Shown: in pieces, positions 50,976-62,941 of the stretch
How the letters are laid out: each line of letters starts with the position of its first letter
How positions within the stretch are numbered: the first letter of the stretch is position 1
Assembly (NCBI RefSeq): GCF_041956535.1
Contig: NW_027192225.1
Coordinates: 64,890 to 128,889 of the forward strand
Direction of reading: 5' to 3'
Source of the DNA: Calcarisporiella thermophila CBS 279.70
Taxonomy: Eukaryota > Fungi > Calcarisporiellomycota
Length of the DNA: 64,000 bases
Notes under the pieces: model-generated
Seen by the model: only the letters and a program-made list of their open reading frames with translations
The model's database searches: none
What the model was told of the DNA's origin: nothing
Position numbers and translations under genes: made by a program

Positions 50976-50996
50976 CGTGACTGCTTTGTGACGTCA
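50976..50996. promoter_or_regulatory. Homol-D-like box plus CRE (TGACGTCA) upstream of RPL32
   Basis: CGTGACTG (reverse complement CAGTCACG) at 50976-50983 and the palindrome TGACGTCA at 50989-50996. Confidence 0.45.
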
Positions 50997-51435
50997 GTCG
51001 GCCTCTCCCAAAAAAAAATTCGAGGTTGCTAAAATGTCTTTCCCTCTCCCTCCCTATTTCTTTCTATCGAAGAAAACTTCGTGTCGGTTATCCATCCATC
51101 CGGCGAGTTTATTAGTCTGAAAAAAAAAGGTATCTATTTACATCCATCCATGATGCAGTCGTAGCAACAGTGACCGTGGTGGGTGCTTTTTATTGTGGCC
51201 CAGTCCGCTTCTTGGAGAGAGGAGGGGAATGGAGGGTGAATGGGTGATTTTGGAATGGGCCCCATCAAGAGGGAGCACATTGGAATGCTGGAGTCTGGGA
51301 GAATGAGGGGAATTGGGCACTAGCTACGACTCCATGGGAGAGATGCCGACCTGTTTTCTACCGCGATGATACATCGATTTATTCCACCGATCAGCTAGAT
51401 CTAACTGTTTTTTATTTTTCATCTGACTAGAAATA

Positions 51436-51906
51436 ATGGTGTCCCCGGTTGCGAAGCATTCCATCGTCAAGAAGCGCACCAAGCCCTTCAAGCGCCACCA
51501 GTCTGACCGCTACAAGTCCGTCAAGGTAGGAGAGAATGAACTCGTTGTAACCTCCATGCATCACACTCACCGTGGTCCATTTTTGCCTTCTCGCTTTTAG
51601 GAGTCATGGCGCAAACCCAAGGGTATTGACAACCGTGTCCGTCGTCGCTTCAAGGGCCAAATCCCCATGCCCTCGATCGGTTACGGATCCAACCGCAAGA
51701 CCCGCCACATGCTCCCCAATGGATTCAAGAAGTTCGTCGTCTCCAACGTGAAGGAGCTTGACCTCTTGTTGATGCACAACCGCACCTTTGCCGCCGAGAT
51801 CGCCCACAATGTCAGCGCAAAGAACCGCGTTGCCATTGTTGAGCGCGCCAAGGAGCTTAATGTGCGCGTCACGAACGCCCATGCTCGCTTGAGGTCTCAG
51901 GAATAA
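51436..51906 (+). CDS. RPL32: 60S ribosomal protein eL32
   Basis: [43 protein letters not shown]. One coding intron plus a probable 5'UTR intron at 51130-51430. Confidence 0.97.
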
Positions 51907-52248
51907 ATTTTTTTCGTTCTGTTGCTATTTCTTTTTATGAATAAGAATAAAAAAGCTAGTCCTTATTTCCCTATGCTCGCCGGAGAGAGCGGCCTGTCTC
52001 GTGGTGAGGGCCGCTCATGGCGCTTGTTCTACGGATCAAGGGTGCCTGTCGATGAGAGCTTTCCAGGGCCATCCAACAAAAGGGAAGGTCAAGTCACGCT
52101 TGGGCCGTATAAATGGGAATTTTCAATTTTTCCACAAGTTCTCCAAAGTAGATCTGGCACCAACCCTAATCTCCTCCTCCACCTCCACCCTAGCTTCATT
52201 CTCAATTCTATTCTTATTATCTCTCCCTCCCTCCCCTTATCCTTCACG

Positions 52249-53987
52249 ATGGACCCAAGCACCAAGCGGGCCGTCAATCTTAGCGTACTTCGGCGGCATG
52301 ATAAAACCATCACGGAGATTTTGGATAGCTCGAGCCACGTTGTCATTTACAAATTCAATAGCGCACGTAAAGAATGGGTAGGCGTTCTTTCTCTATAGCC
52401 CCCATGAGGAATGACACGATCCCATTCCGAGGCGGCTCAACTTACCTGTTCTCCAATGTTTGCTGTTACTATAGGAGAAGAAAGGCGTAGAAGGAACCAT
52501 GTTTATTTTCAAGAGGTAGAATTCATGATTTTCATTTTGTTCTCGATTCTCCCCACTTGCCTTGCTGCCATCGGCTATGGAGTGGGGATGGCAGACTTTG
52601 CTTTAACTCGTGTTCCCTGATGCGTTTGCAGATCGGTAGCGCCTGTATATGGATTTTTTATTATGAATCGATTGAGCATCGAGAACTTCCACACATTTCT
52701 GACATCGGACGTGGAAATCCAGCTTTCATCGGAATTTATCATCTACCGAACAAGCGATGGTGGGTCCTCATCGATTGTAGGGGTGTCGTTGCTTCGTTAA
52801 TTTTTACGTGCATCTACATGTCTAGATAACATTCACGGCATTTGGATATATGAGCGAGACGATAAGGAACGGATCGGACAGAGATTACTTCAGTGGGTTT
52901 CTTAATGCTTCCATGAAAATGCTTTCATTAATCCCAAGCTCTAACTCCCGATCAGATGCTGCTCTCTCTCCCATTCTATAGAGCCCCCGCCCATGCCTCC
53001 GCCGCAGACTGCTTCTCCCGGTGCCGCCATAGACCCGCCTAAATTCGGAAAGCAGATCGATGTTCTCACCCTCTTCCAGCAAGCGGCTGGCAAAGAACCT
53101 ACCGATCAACCGCAGCCGCCACCGCAATCACAGACACAGCCTCCATCGCAATATCAGCAGCAGCAGCAGCAGCGACCACAATCACAGAGGCAAGATCCAG
53201 GGAATGAGCTGTTGGCAATGTTAACAAAGCGAGTAACAAGCAATGGCTCTCTCTCTCCAAAGGTAGTGTATATTTATGGGAAGGGTCTTTTGTGGATCAT
53301 GCTTACTTTGTTTTCCAATTTTTTCCCTGCCAGTCGAGGAGCGGTTCTGACCATGCGTCAAGCCAGAGTGCTAAAGCTTTGCTCTCCATGCTCCACCAGC
53401 AGGATCCCTCCCGTCAACCCCTCAATGGCACCCCTCCTCCCCCTCCCCCTTCGTATCCACAGCCACTCTTCTCTAATCAACAAGTATCGCCACCCTCTTC
53501 ATCGCACCAGCAAATGATGTATCCGTACAGCCCGTTGCAACCCCGCCCTCCCCCTACCTCTCTGCAGCAGCCCTGGACGCACTCTCCAAGCTTGGACCTT
53601 CTTAATCTGCCCGCGCCTCCTCTCCCCCCTCCGCCCCCTCCGCCTCTAGCTATGAATCAGGCGCCACACTCGCACGAACTCAACTACCACCATTCCTCTT
53701 CGCAGTCACAGCATTCGGAGCAGTTTTCGCGTGCTGCCGCAAGCGCCCTTTTACAGGTGCTTCGTGGGCCATTAACGCGGAAGGAGTTTGGAGAGAAATT
53801 CAAAGCTTTGGTACAGGTAAACGGGCTCTCTCTATTTTCAAGCATTTCTTGTCGGGAGTCGAAATGAAAAATATCCACCAAGTATTGAAAAATAACTAAT
53901 TTCTTTTTTTTTTTCCCCGTTCTCTCATGTGAATAGGATCCAATCTTTTTGGACTTGGTATATCAGCAGTATATAGCAGGGCTATGA
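52249..53987 (+). CDS. DCP1: mRNA decapping activator Dcp1 (EVH1 domain, long C-terminal extension)
   Basis: NLSVLRRHD..EILDSSSHVVIYKF..W|EKKGVEGTMF..YGFFIMNRL..IHGIWIY, a Pro/Gln-rich linker, and C-terminal LTRKEFGEKFKALVQ|DPIFLDLVYQQY. Confidence 0.9.
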
Positions 53988-54699
53988 ACAATTTTTCTTT
54001 TTTTCTTCTTCTTTTTGCTTCTCCTCTTTTCTCTTTTTTTCCCTTCTTTTCCCTTCTTTTCCATCCTTTGCCATGTTTTTCTCTTTTTTTCTTTTCCCTT
54101 CGGCTCCTGTCTCGTTTTCCCTTGCCTGTGATTTTTTTTCCACATCCTCCTCAATTGGCGCAATAAACGCTGTGTATGGAACCGAGGTGCTTTTTTTTGC
54201 GGGGTCTGATCTGGTCGGGGCAGGGAAATGAAAACGGAGCATTGGTTTAAGAGGCGCAAACTCGCCCATGTAAGGGAATCCAAATTCGAGCGGGTTTCCG
54301 TGACGGGGGGGGGAGAGAGTAAAACGCAGGGCGTAGGAATGAATCTCTTTCTGAAGGCTTCTTCCCCCCGCACTGCAAGTCAAACAGCTGAAGAAGTGCA
54401 AGGCGGCGAGGTGATGTAATCGGCCTCACCTTCAGATGAAGCGGTGGCTGTAGTTGGCCGCGTTTTGAAGCATTTCATACGAATTAGGGCCGGTGTCTCT
54501 GTTTTTCCTGTGTGACCCCAAATTAAAGTCACAGCCGTCCCCTTCCGCTCTCCTTCCGACCATCACTTGAGCGATTTTCTTTGCAGCTCGAGGCGTTTCA
54601 ACCTGAAAATAGACTTGCTTTCTCCCAACTTCCGAACGCTTCCCCGCGGATTTCCATCTCCATTCTCCTCTCCTCCTCATCCCCCAGCGCACATTAACC

Positions 54700-56124
54700 A
54701 TGGTTGCCTCCACTGCCTCGCTGAAGGCCCTTCCCCAGAATATCATACGACTGTGGGACAGTCAAGTCACTCGTGTCTCTGTAAGCATGCCCACCCGCTC
54801 TTGATGTGTTTTTTCCCACAATGCATTTAACTTGCTCTTGTCTTCTCCCCCCTCTGCCATGTTCCCTTCCCAACCACAGCTGAAGCAAATATACACCGTT
54901 GGAAAGTAAGTACATCTCCCCTGTCCCCCTGCTCCCTCCCCTGCCCCCTCATTCCCTTCCTGTCACTCTTTCCATGATTGCGGTTCCGATGTAGTCTAAT
55001 CTCTTCCCCCGCTTTCTCCCTCTCCCCGTGATGCTGCCTCGTCTTGTAGGAGCGTCCTCGCCAGCAAAGACCAGTCCACGGCCATGCTGGTCCCCACCCA
55101 GTTCCTCCATGAGGAGCTCCCCGTTCGCCTGTCTCACACTGTGCGACTCTTGAATTCGCCCGACAGCCTCCTACCACACGAGCTCGCCCAAACCCCCGCC
55201 GTGCAACACGTGACGCTCCGCTATCTCGAGGACATCACCATGCTGACCAACCTACCTCGACCCGACACCCCAAGCAAGGCCTCGGAGTTTTCCGAGATTG
55301 TGAAGAGGGTGCGAGAACGGCAGCACGAGAACGTGCTTGCGATAGGAAAGGGGCTGGAGCAGCTGGTCAAGGATGGCCGGATCGTGCCGCAGAACCCAGA
55401 GCACGAGGAGCGGGCGCAGAGCTTCTTCGACCGGTTCTACGGGATGGCGCTTGGAGTGGACCTGCTCCTGGGAGAGCACATTGCGCTGCACCACGAAGGA
55501 AGAAACCTGGTCCAGCGCCTGCGCGTGGGCGACATTGCCCGCTCGGCTGCCGAAGAGACCCGCCGGGTGCTCCACGAGCGGTTCGGCAGGGAGGCGCCGG
55601 GCGTGGAGATCGTGTGCCGGGGCGGCAACGAGTGCAACACAATGTACATCCCCGACTATCTCCGGCGCGTCATCTTCGAGATCCTGCACCCCTCGCTGCG
55701 CGCGTCCATGCTCCAACCCGAGGCGCCCCCCGTCAAGGTGGTGGTGGTGGAGGGTGAAGAGGACGTCAGCATCAAGATCAGCGACCAGGGCGGCGGCTTC
55801 CCCATCAGCGCCGCCCAGCGTATCTGGTCGTATCTCGCCAACCCTGCCGTCATCCCGGCCCCGCACGACCGGCCCTCGGCCGCCGCATACCCCCACTGGC
55901 CCCTTCCCACCTATGGGCACGGCATGCCGGTGGCAAGGCTGATTGCACGCTACTTTGGCGGCGAGCTCAGTGTGGTGTCGATGGAGGGCTACGGAACCGA
56001 CACCTACTTCGCTCTCTACCGCGACGAGACCTACCCCGAAAATCTGCCCGTGCCACAGCTAAGCCCCGGCGCCAACCTCGGCGAGATGCTGCAAGCCAAA
56101 AAGGCGGGAATTCTGAGTTCATAG
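54700..56124 (+). CDS. Pyruvate/branched-chain alpha-ketoacid dehydrogenase kinase-like protein (GHKL fold), degenerate
   Basis: TRVS|LKQIYTVG, FLHEELPVRL, FFDRFY, IKISDQGGG, YGHGMPVARLIARYFGG, SMEGYGTD. Three exons including a 26-nt micro-exon. Confidence 0.88.
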
Positions 56125-58815
56125 CGGGCACAACCGTGTGCTTCCCACGGGGGACTCCTTTAGTATCTCTTGGTTGCTATTTTTCTGTACAATAAGCTCA
56201 TTTTCTTCTTATTTATGGTCAATAGTTCAAATACAAGTTCTCACGTTGGTCTTTGCTGCTTTCTCTTCTCCTTCTCTCCCCCCCCTTTCCCTCTCTCATG
56301 TGTGTTTCTCTTTCTGTTTCTTATACTATGTATTTTTAATTCCCCCTCCCATTTTCAGCCCCACTTTCATAATAAATTATCTGAAAGCATCTCCCTCCCT
56401 GGACCAAAATAAATTCCTGCAAACTCTATCCAGGCTGAAAAGCCATCCGAATCAACCATTACCAAGTTTGGTGACGAGCGGCGCTGCGTGCCGGATGCCA
56501 GCAAGGAATGTGGCTGAAAATTGGGCGAGAATAGAATATTGGAGGAAGCAAAAAGTTCAGTGTTGAAAGTGGGTAAACAGGAAAAGCCGAGACTCAGCAC
56601 GAGGTTCTCCAAGCCTACTCAAAAGATGCAACTCTAGCTATTTGTATACTAAGCTTCCCGTTAGGCGAGCAAGAGTTTGCAAGTACGACTGCTCTGAGCC
56701 CCGACTTGGATGGCCAAAGTAGTCGGTTAAAGAGAGTCGATTTTAGATTTAGTAAGGGCGTGTTGGTTCGGCTCAGCATTTTATACCTATATTGAGTCCT
56801 CGTGTACCCTGGCTAGTTCAAATTCCTCCTTCCCACATAAAGTTCCGGTCTTGGTCCCGGTGTAGGCAACATAAACGCGACCAACCCTCTATGCATTGCT
56901 ATTATGGATAAGACATCTAAGACATCCTAAGCTATCTGCTTGAGGCTTTTCTCAAGGTGATAAGAGAGGTTGCTTCCCAACGTCTAAAGCGAGCCTTTTG
57001 GAGAGCCTCATTTCACCCTGGCGGTCGTCTATTCATAAGCTCGTAATTATCCGATCATGAACGGATGACTCCAAAGACAACCCTCTTGAAAGTCGTCCAT
57101 TCACACCAGCGCGTCGAGCTTTAGAAAGAAGTAAATTATCTTGTGGAAAGAAGGCTTGCAGCGTGAGAAAAGATGGTAATAGTTTTACACGGTGCAATGC
57201 CCTTAGGAGAGTGTTTAACAAATTCTAGGGGAGGGTGAGAAATAAAGAGCAGGCCAAGGCTGTATTCAATTATTAAAGTTATGTAGTTATGTGATTTATT
57301 TCATTTTTCCGTAATTGCTCTGACGACCAGAGTCTTGCGGAATGGGAGCATCGACCGAAAGCCGTGAGGAAAATTGCTTATCAAAACCTTGTCAACTCTA
57401 CCTATTCGAAACTGGGCACGAGACAATTGTACCTCTCCAACTCTTGGCCCATGACCTACTTAAAAACTAGCGCACTAAGTCCAATGATACTAGCGAGAGA
57501 CTTTGCTCTATATTTTCAAGCCTTGGGTTCACCGTGAAACCTGATTTATTATTCATTCATACGGTTAATTTAATGGCGAGATAACAGGATCAAGATGATT
57601 GAATTTGAAAACCCGTGAGTGGATCGGCTATCCCTATTGTTGCCAAGTACAATATTTTGACTGTATTCAACTGCTGAGAATGAGTGATGTATATTGTTTT
57701 GGGTGGTAGAGCGGTTTCCAGAGTGGGTATAGCGGTAAGAGCATCACCCGTTTTGGTGTTATCACATATTAAAAGTCCCCTTATTCTCAACACCGGTTTC
57801 AATAAGGAGCCCCCATTATATGAAGACATGCTGTTAATAAATGGGGCAGTAAACGAGAGTGTTGCTGTTTTGATTAGGATCGGTGTTAAAATTATAGTCA
57901 TATATTGTTCAAACTTTAATTGTAGCTTTGGTGTTCTAAATAAGAATCACTCAAAAGAGAACCGAGTTACCATGTATGGAACCTAGAAAATTGAGTTAGC
58001 ATAGGAAATATATAGCTACGCTATGTATCATGATCATATTTTATTTCTCAAAGTATGGATACCTAGGTCCGCTCAGTATCATTTCCATCCTTAGTCCTAA
58101 TACACGTGGCAGGGGCCAAGATCCAGGGGCCTCATGTAACCTATCCTGATATATTGATTTCTCATCTGTCGATTCTATTTTACCGGGTATTCTCCAATGA
58201 AATTTAGGTTGAATGAGCAAACCGGCGGGGTCATGAGAATGCTTGGGAGATAGATTCCGCCCTTGCGCACAACACCGCCCGGTCGAAGTTGTATGGAGCA
58301 TTCAAGCTCTCCGGTGGCGAAGCTTACCTGCAAGCATCATTGTTTGCATCACACCCTGCCGGAAACAAGCAGGCGGTCGTATGATTGTGAATGCAATAGC
58401 GGCATTTCAGCTAGCCTTTCTATAGCTTCGTTTTCGTAATAGCGGGCTGCAAGACCCTTGAAGGTAGTAGTTTGTGCAAATCGTGTGCCATTTCCCTAAA
58501 ATGTGCGCAATAGCAGCAAGCCAAGAATAATGCAAACGTTATAGGATGCCATGCCACAAATTACCTCGGTTAGTGTTTCCGTACCACCTTACCTAAAATC
58601 TGATTGGAAGCGGGTACGAATATTTCATATTACTTAGAAACCAGAAATAAAATTGCCATATGCCACTCAAATATGTGCTGTCGATGAAAAAGATGGCAGG
58701 AAGGCTATCTCTCTACCCGGAAGAGTTTTTTTCCCACCTTTTTCTTTTTATAGGTGCCAATTGCTTTCTAGTGTTGTGAATTTTTATTGTCTGTTTCTAA
58801 ATTCATCTCTACGCT

Positions 58816-60914
58816 ATGCATCGCTCCACGCTAGCTTGGCTGGTGCTCTCCCTATTGACTCTAAATGTTTGCGCCTTTCCGGTTCAGGTCACCCTACAGG
58901 ACCGATTCACTAAACGCCTTGAGGCAGAGCGGTTTGCGAATTACAGCATCACCGTGAAGGAGCCCAAAGTGAATTGCGATAATGTCACGCAGTACTCCGG
59001 CTATGTTCACACTCCCACCGATAAACACTTGTTCTTCTGGTTCTTTGAGGCCAGAAAGGACCCTGAGAATGCCCCCGTCACTCTCTGGCTCAACGGCGGC
59101 CCAGGTGATGCTCTTGGATTTTGTTCCCATTCTGCTTTTGCTCTTTCTTGCATGATATTGACCCCTTTTTGGGATTTTCAATAGGTTGCTCAAGTTTGAT
59201 AGGGCTTTTCCAAGAGCTGGGTCCATGCACTGCAGACAACACCACGGCCAAACATCGAGCCAACGCATGGAACGAAGTGTCCAATTTGCTCTTTCTAGAT
59301 CAGGTATTGTCGGTTGGCGAGAGGAGAGGGATAATTGATTTATTGATCCCAATATTCATTCACTATATCAAATATCCTTAGCCTGCCGGGGTTGGCCTCA
59401 GCTACGGTAACATCTCTGCCGATTCCACCGTCAAAAGCAGCGAAGATGTGTATACGTTCTTGCAGATTTTCTTTGGGCATTTCACTAAGTACAATAAGAA
59501 GCCGTTCTACATATTTGGAGAGAGTTATGCTGGTAAGACTTTGTGCATCCTTTCCTCCATGGCCAGAGCTGAAATTTAATGTCGGCAAACTATAGGACAT
59601 TATATTCCGGCATTTGCAAAAACAATTGTTGACAACAACGAGAAAAAGGACTCCGGTCTACTAAACATCCAATTAGCAAGTGTGGGCATTGGCAATGGTT
59701 GGACCGAGTATGTACATGTTTTGGGCCAAGTTTGGTCACAATTTACTAACTATTTCCCTTTTACTTTTTGTTTCTAGCCCCCTAACTCAATAGTAGGTTT
59801 CGCTGAGTATGCTTATGACTTCTTGTATTAATTCAATATCTTTTTCTTCTTTAGTGGCCACTACGGGACATATGCTTGTGACAACCCAGACAGTAAGTCA
59901 TTTGATTGTATGAAAAAACAAACAACTCTTCTTACTCATCTTCTGTGTTCGCATGGATACTAGTAAAACCTCTTTTTGACAAGAAGACCTGCAAGAAAAT
60001 CAAGAGAGACTATGAAACCAAGTGTAAACCCGAAGGTAAAATATTTTTGCGAGAAACTTCAGAATACACGAGGCTAAAGGGAGTGATCTACTCTCGCTTC
60101 TAGGGCAAAAATGTTATGACGACATCAGTAACGCAAAACAGTGCGGCTTTGCGGATGAGTTATGCAACAACGTTACCTATAATCCTTTCGGCAACCTCCA
60201 CCTAAACCCATACGACATTAGAGTCAATGATACTACGGATTTGAATTCCGATTACGTGAATTTCCTCAGAAGGCCAGAGGTGAAGGGAGAGCTAGGCGTA
60301 CCGGACAACATAACCTTCCAGGATTGTTCGGATAGTGTGTATGAGGCGTTCACGAAGACAGGGGATAGTATGGTCCCATTCCACAACGATGTGAAATATC
60401 GTATGTAACTCTTCCACCTTCGACACGATCCTAGGCTGGATATTTTGCTATTCTATGGCTTATTGATGATGTTGTCTACTTGATAGTGCTCGAGAAGAAT
60501 ATACCCGTGCTTTTATATGTTGGGGATCAAGGTAGGGTCGCCCAGATATTTAACCCAAACCCTGTTGCATCACTAACTCCTTGGTCCAATATATCTATCC
60601 CTTATAGACTTTATCTGCAATTGGATGGGCAACCTTGCGTGGAGCGATGCGCTAGAATGGAGTGGTCAAGCGGAATATACTGCTGCCAAACTGACCGAAT
60701 GGAGCTTGGATGGAAAACCTGCGGGCAAGCAAAAGGCCTTCAAGAATTTCGTCTTTACAACCATTTACCAGGCTGGGCATGAGGTATATTCCGCCGGAGC
60801 AATCACTTCCATTAGTAGACTCTAACGCTATTTGCCTTTTAGGTTCCTGCGTACCAGCCCGAAGTTTCGCTCCACATGTTCCGATCTTGGCTTCAGGGCA
60901 AGACCACCTTTTAA
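58816..60914 (+). CDS. Serine carboxypeptidase S10 (carboxypeptidase Y-like), secreted or vacuolar
   Basis: Signal peptide, [22 protein letters not shown]|CSS, LDQ|PAGVG, GESYAG|HY (catalytic Ser), D|FICNW, QAGHE|VP (catalytic His). About a dozen introns, including a 15-nt exon at 59778-59792. Confidence 0.95.
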
Positions 60915-61470
60915 ACAAGAATACACTTGTTGTATAATACTAATGTGATTATATATGTAATCAATGTATCTACGGTGGTGACCAAGATAAACTTTTTAAT
61001 TATGGGGATAAAATATTAGTACGTCCTTTTTTTTTGTTTTAATTTTTGAATAAGGGCCCGGATTAAATTTCTCTACTGTCTACCCATGCTTCAAAGACCG
61101 TCTTAAATCCAACGAATAAATCTTTATTAATTTATTCTCTTCTTTTTTGCACAGTGGTTTTATTTCCAGCACATTGAGCTGCGTGGGACCAAGTCTTTTT
61201 TTTTTTTTGAAATCACGAGGACTTTGAATAGATTTGGTCATGCGTGCAAATCTATCCCAGAAGTATTTTGACGGCAATAATGAGAGCATTTTGATGCGGC
61301 CCCTGTCTACTGTCTAATTCAACATTTTGGAATCATATATTCGCAGTTACTAAATCCAGTTTGACCTATATATCCTATATCCGAAGCTCTTCTAGCTATT
61401 TATTTCTGCGCCACATTTGTTGCAATCTCATATAGCGTCCTACTTAATCTAGTTAGTGCTCATTAGAACC

Positions 61471-62544
61471 ATGATTAAAACACCACTAAATCGACTATGG
61501 AGACATGGTTGTGGTATGTACTAGAATGGTGCCTCTTTTTCTAGACAATTTTATTCAAAATTCTGGTAACTGGCTGAATGATCCCAAATAGTATTGAATA
61601 ATTTACAATGTCAAGCATTACGGTCTCCGTTTCATCCAACCTCTCGCACCTATGCTAGCGTCACTCCTTCCACCTCACAGTCTTCAACAACAACTAATCC
61701 CATTTCTCAAGCACCATCCTCACCCAATCGACCCAATAAAGGAGTTTACCATTTCGATACACATAAGCTCGTTGCACAGTTAGAGTCTAGCGGATTCACA
61801 CGAGGCCAGGCAATAGCTCTTATGCGGGCAATGGATGCACTGCTGTCAGAGGGTGTGAGAGTAACTGAGAGCACGTTATTACAGAAAGCCGATCTCGAGA
61901 ATGTAACGATCTACCTGAATGTTACGTGCCGATAGCCACTTTATAATTGTACTCATTTCTCATTGGCTCTGGATAGAATTCGTATCTTTTCAAAGCAGCC
62001 CTCTCCGAGCTCCGCACCGAGATCGAGATTCTCCGTCGCAATGACACTGCTCTTTTGCGTTCTGAGCTCGCTATAATAGAGCGGGATATCTCCACCCAGG
62101 GGCAGAAACTCCGCGAGGATCTCGGGGTACTAAAGCATGACATTCAACTCGAGATGAATAATAGAAAAGCAGAATCACGGGAGGAAATCAAGAGGCAGCA
62201 GTTGCATGTGCACGAAATGAACAATAAATATAGCGTGTCCCTCGGGGATATTCGAACCGAGATCGAGACAGTGAAGTGGGAGACCACCAGGCGGGGGCTT
62301 TGTATGTTGACGCGAGATTAGACATCTTCTCTTGCTATACTTCTAAGGATTAATTGGATTGTTTTTTTTTCTCCCTATTATAGTACTGGTCTTCTCCACT
62401 GCAACTGGTATCCTCCTGGTGTCCTATCTTCTTAATCGTCTCACGCCAGTCACCCCTCCTGAAGAGGTTCCTCTTCCGTCCACAGAGGTACAACTCAATA
62501 ACTTAGGCGAGCCTGTATTCCAAGACATGGAGGATAAATTATAG
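61471..62544 (+). CDS. Mitochondrial DUF1640/CCDC90 (Fmp32/MCUR1-like) coiled-coil protein
   Basis: Presequence-like N-terminus, YHFDTHKLVAQLESSGFTRGQAIALM, YLFKAALSELRTE, a coiled coil, IRTEIETVKWETTR and a C-terminal TM. Confidence 0.85.
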
Positions 62545-62941
62545 GAGATGGGATGGTCTGTTCTGTCTAATAATAAACAAACTATTAGAATATATATGTA
62601 TTTCCAAGACAGCTTGTGAAAAAGAATTAATAGAACAAACACACTCAAGGAAGGAAAAAGTGGACCTAGGTAGATTGAGTAAACAAAAAGGAAAAATAAG
62701 TCAGGCAAAGTTGAATAATAAAGGCAATATGAAGGAGAGTCGATGATCATGTGTATAGGGAATAGATGTAGAGCAGAGTATAAGAAATGGGGGATAAATT
62801 AGGTCTGACACAAGAGAAGGGGGTAGAAGGATAGGGTGGACAAGCGAAAGTAATGGAAGAGGCTGTGGGTAAAACAAAGGCAAAGGAATAGAAGTGAATT
62901 GAGTAGAAAATGTTCTCGCACGAAATATGCATTCAATATCA

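Noticed and set aside
51140-51430. Box C/D snoRNA in the RPL32 intron
   Set aside because: Only imperfect C boxes (TGATGC, TGATAC), no terminal stem, and the CTGA overlaps the 3' splice site.
56600-58500. ORFs 57590-57901, 57684-57986 and 58041-58301 in an AT-rich gap, considered as a transposon or pseudogene remnant
   Set aside because: No transposase/RT motifs, terminal repeats or convincing homology visible.
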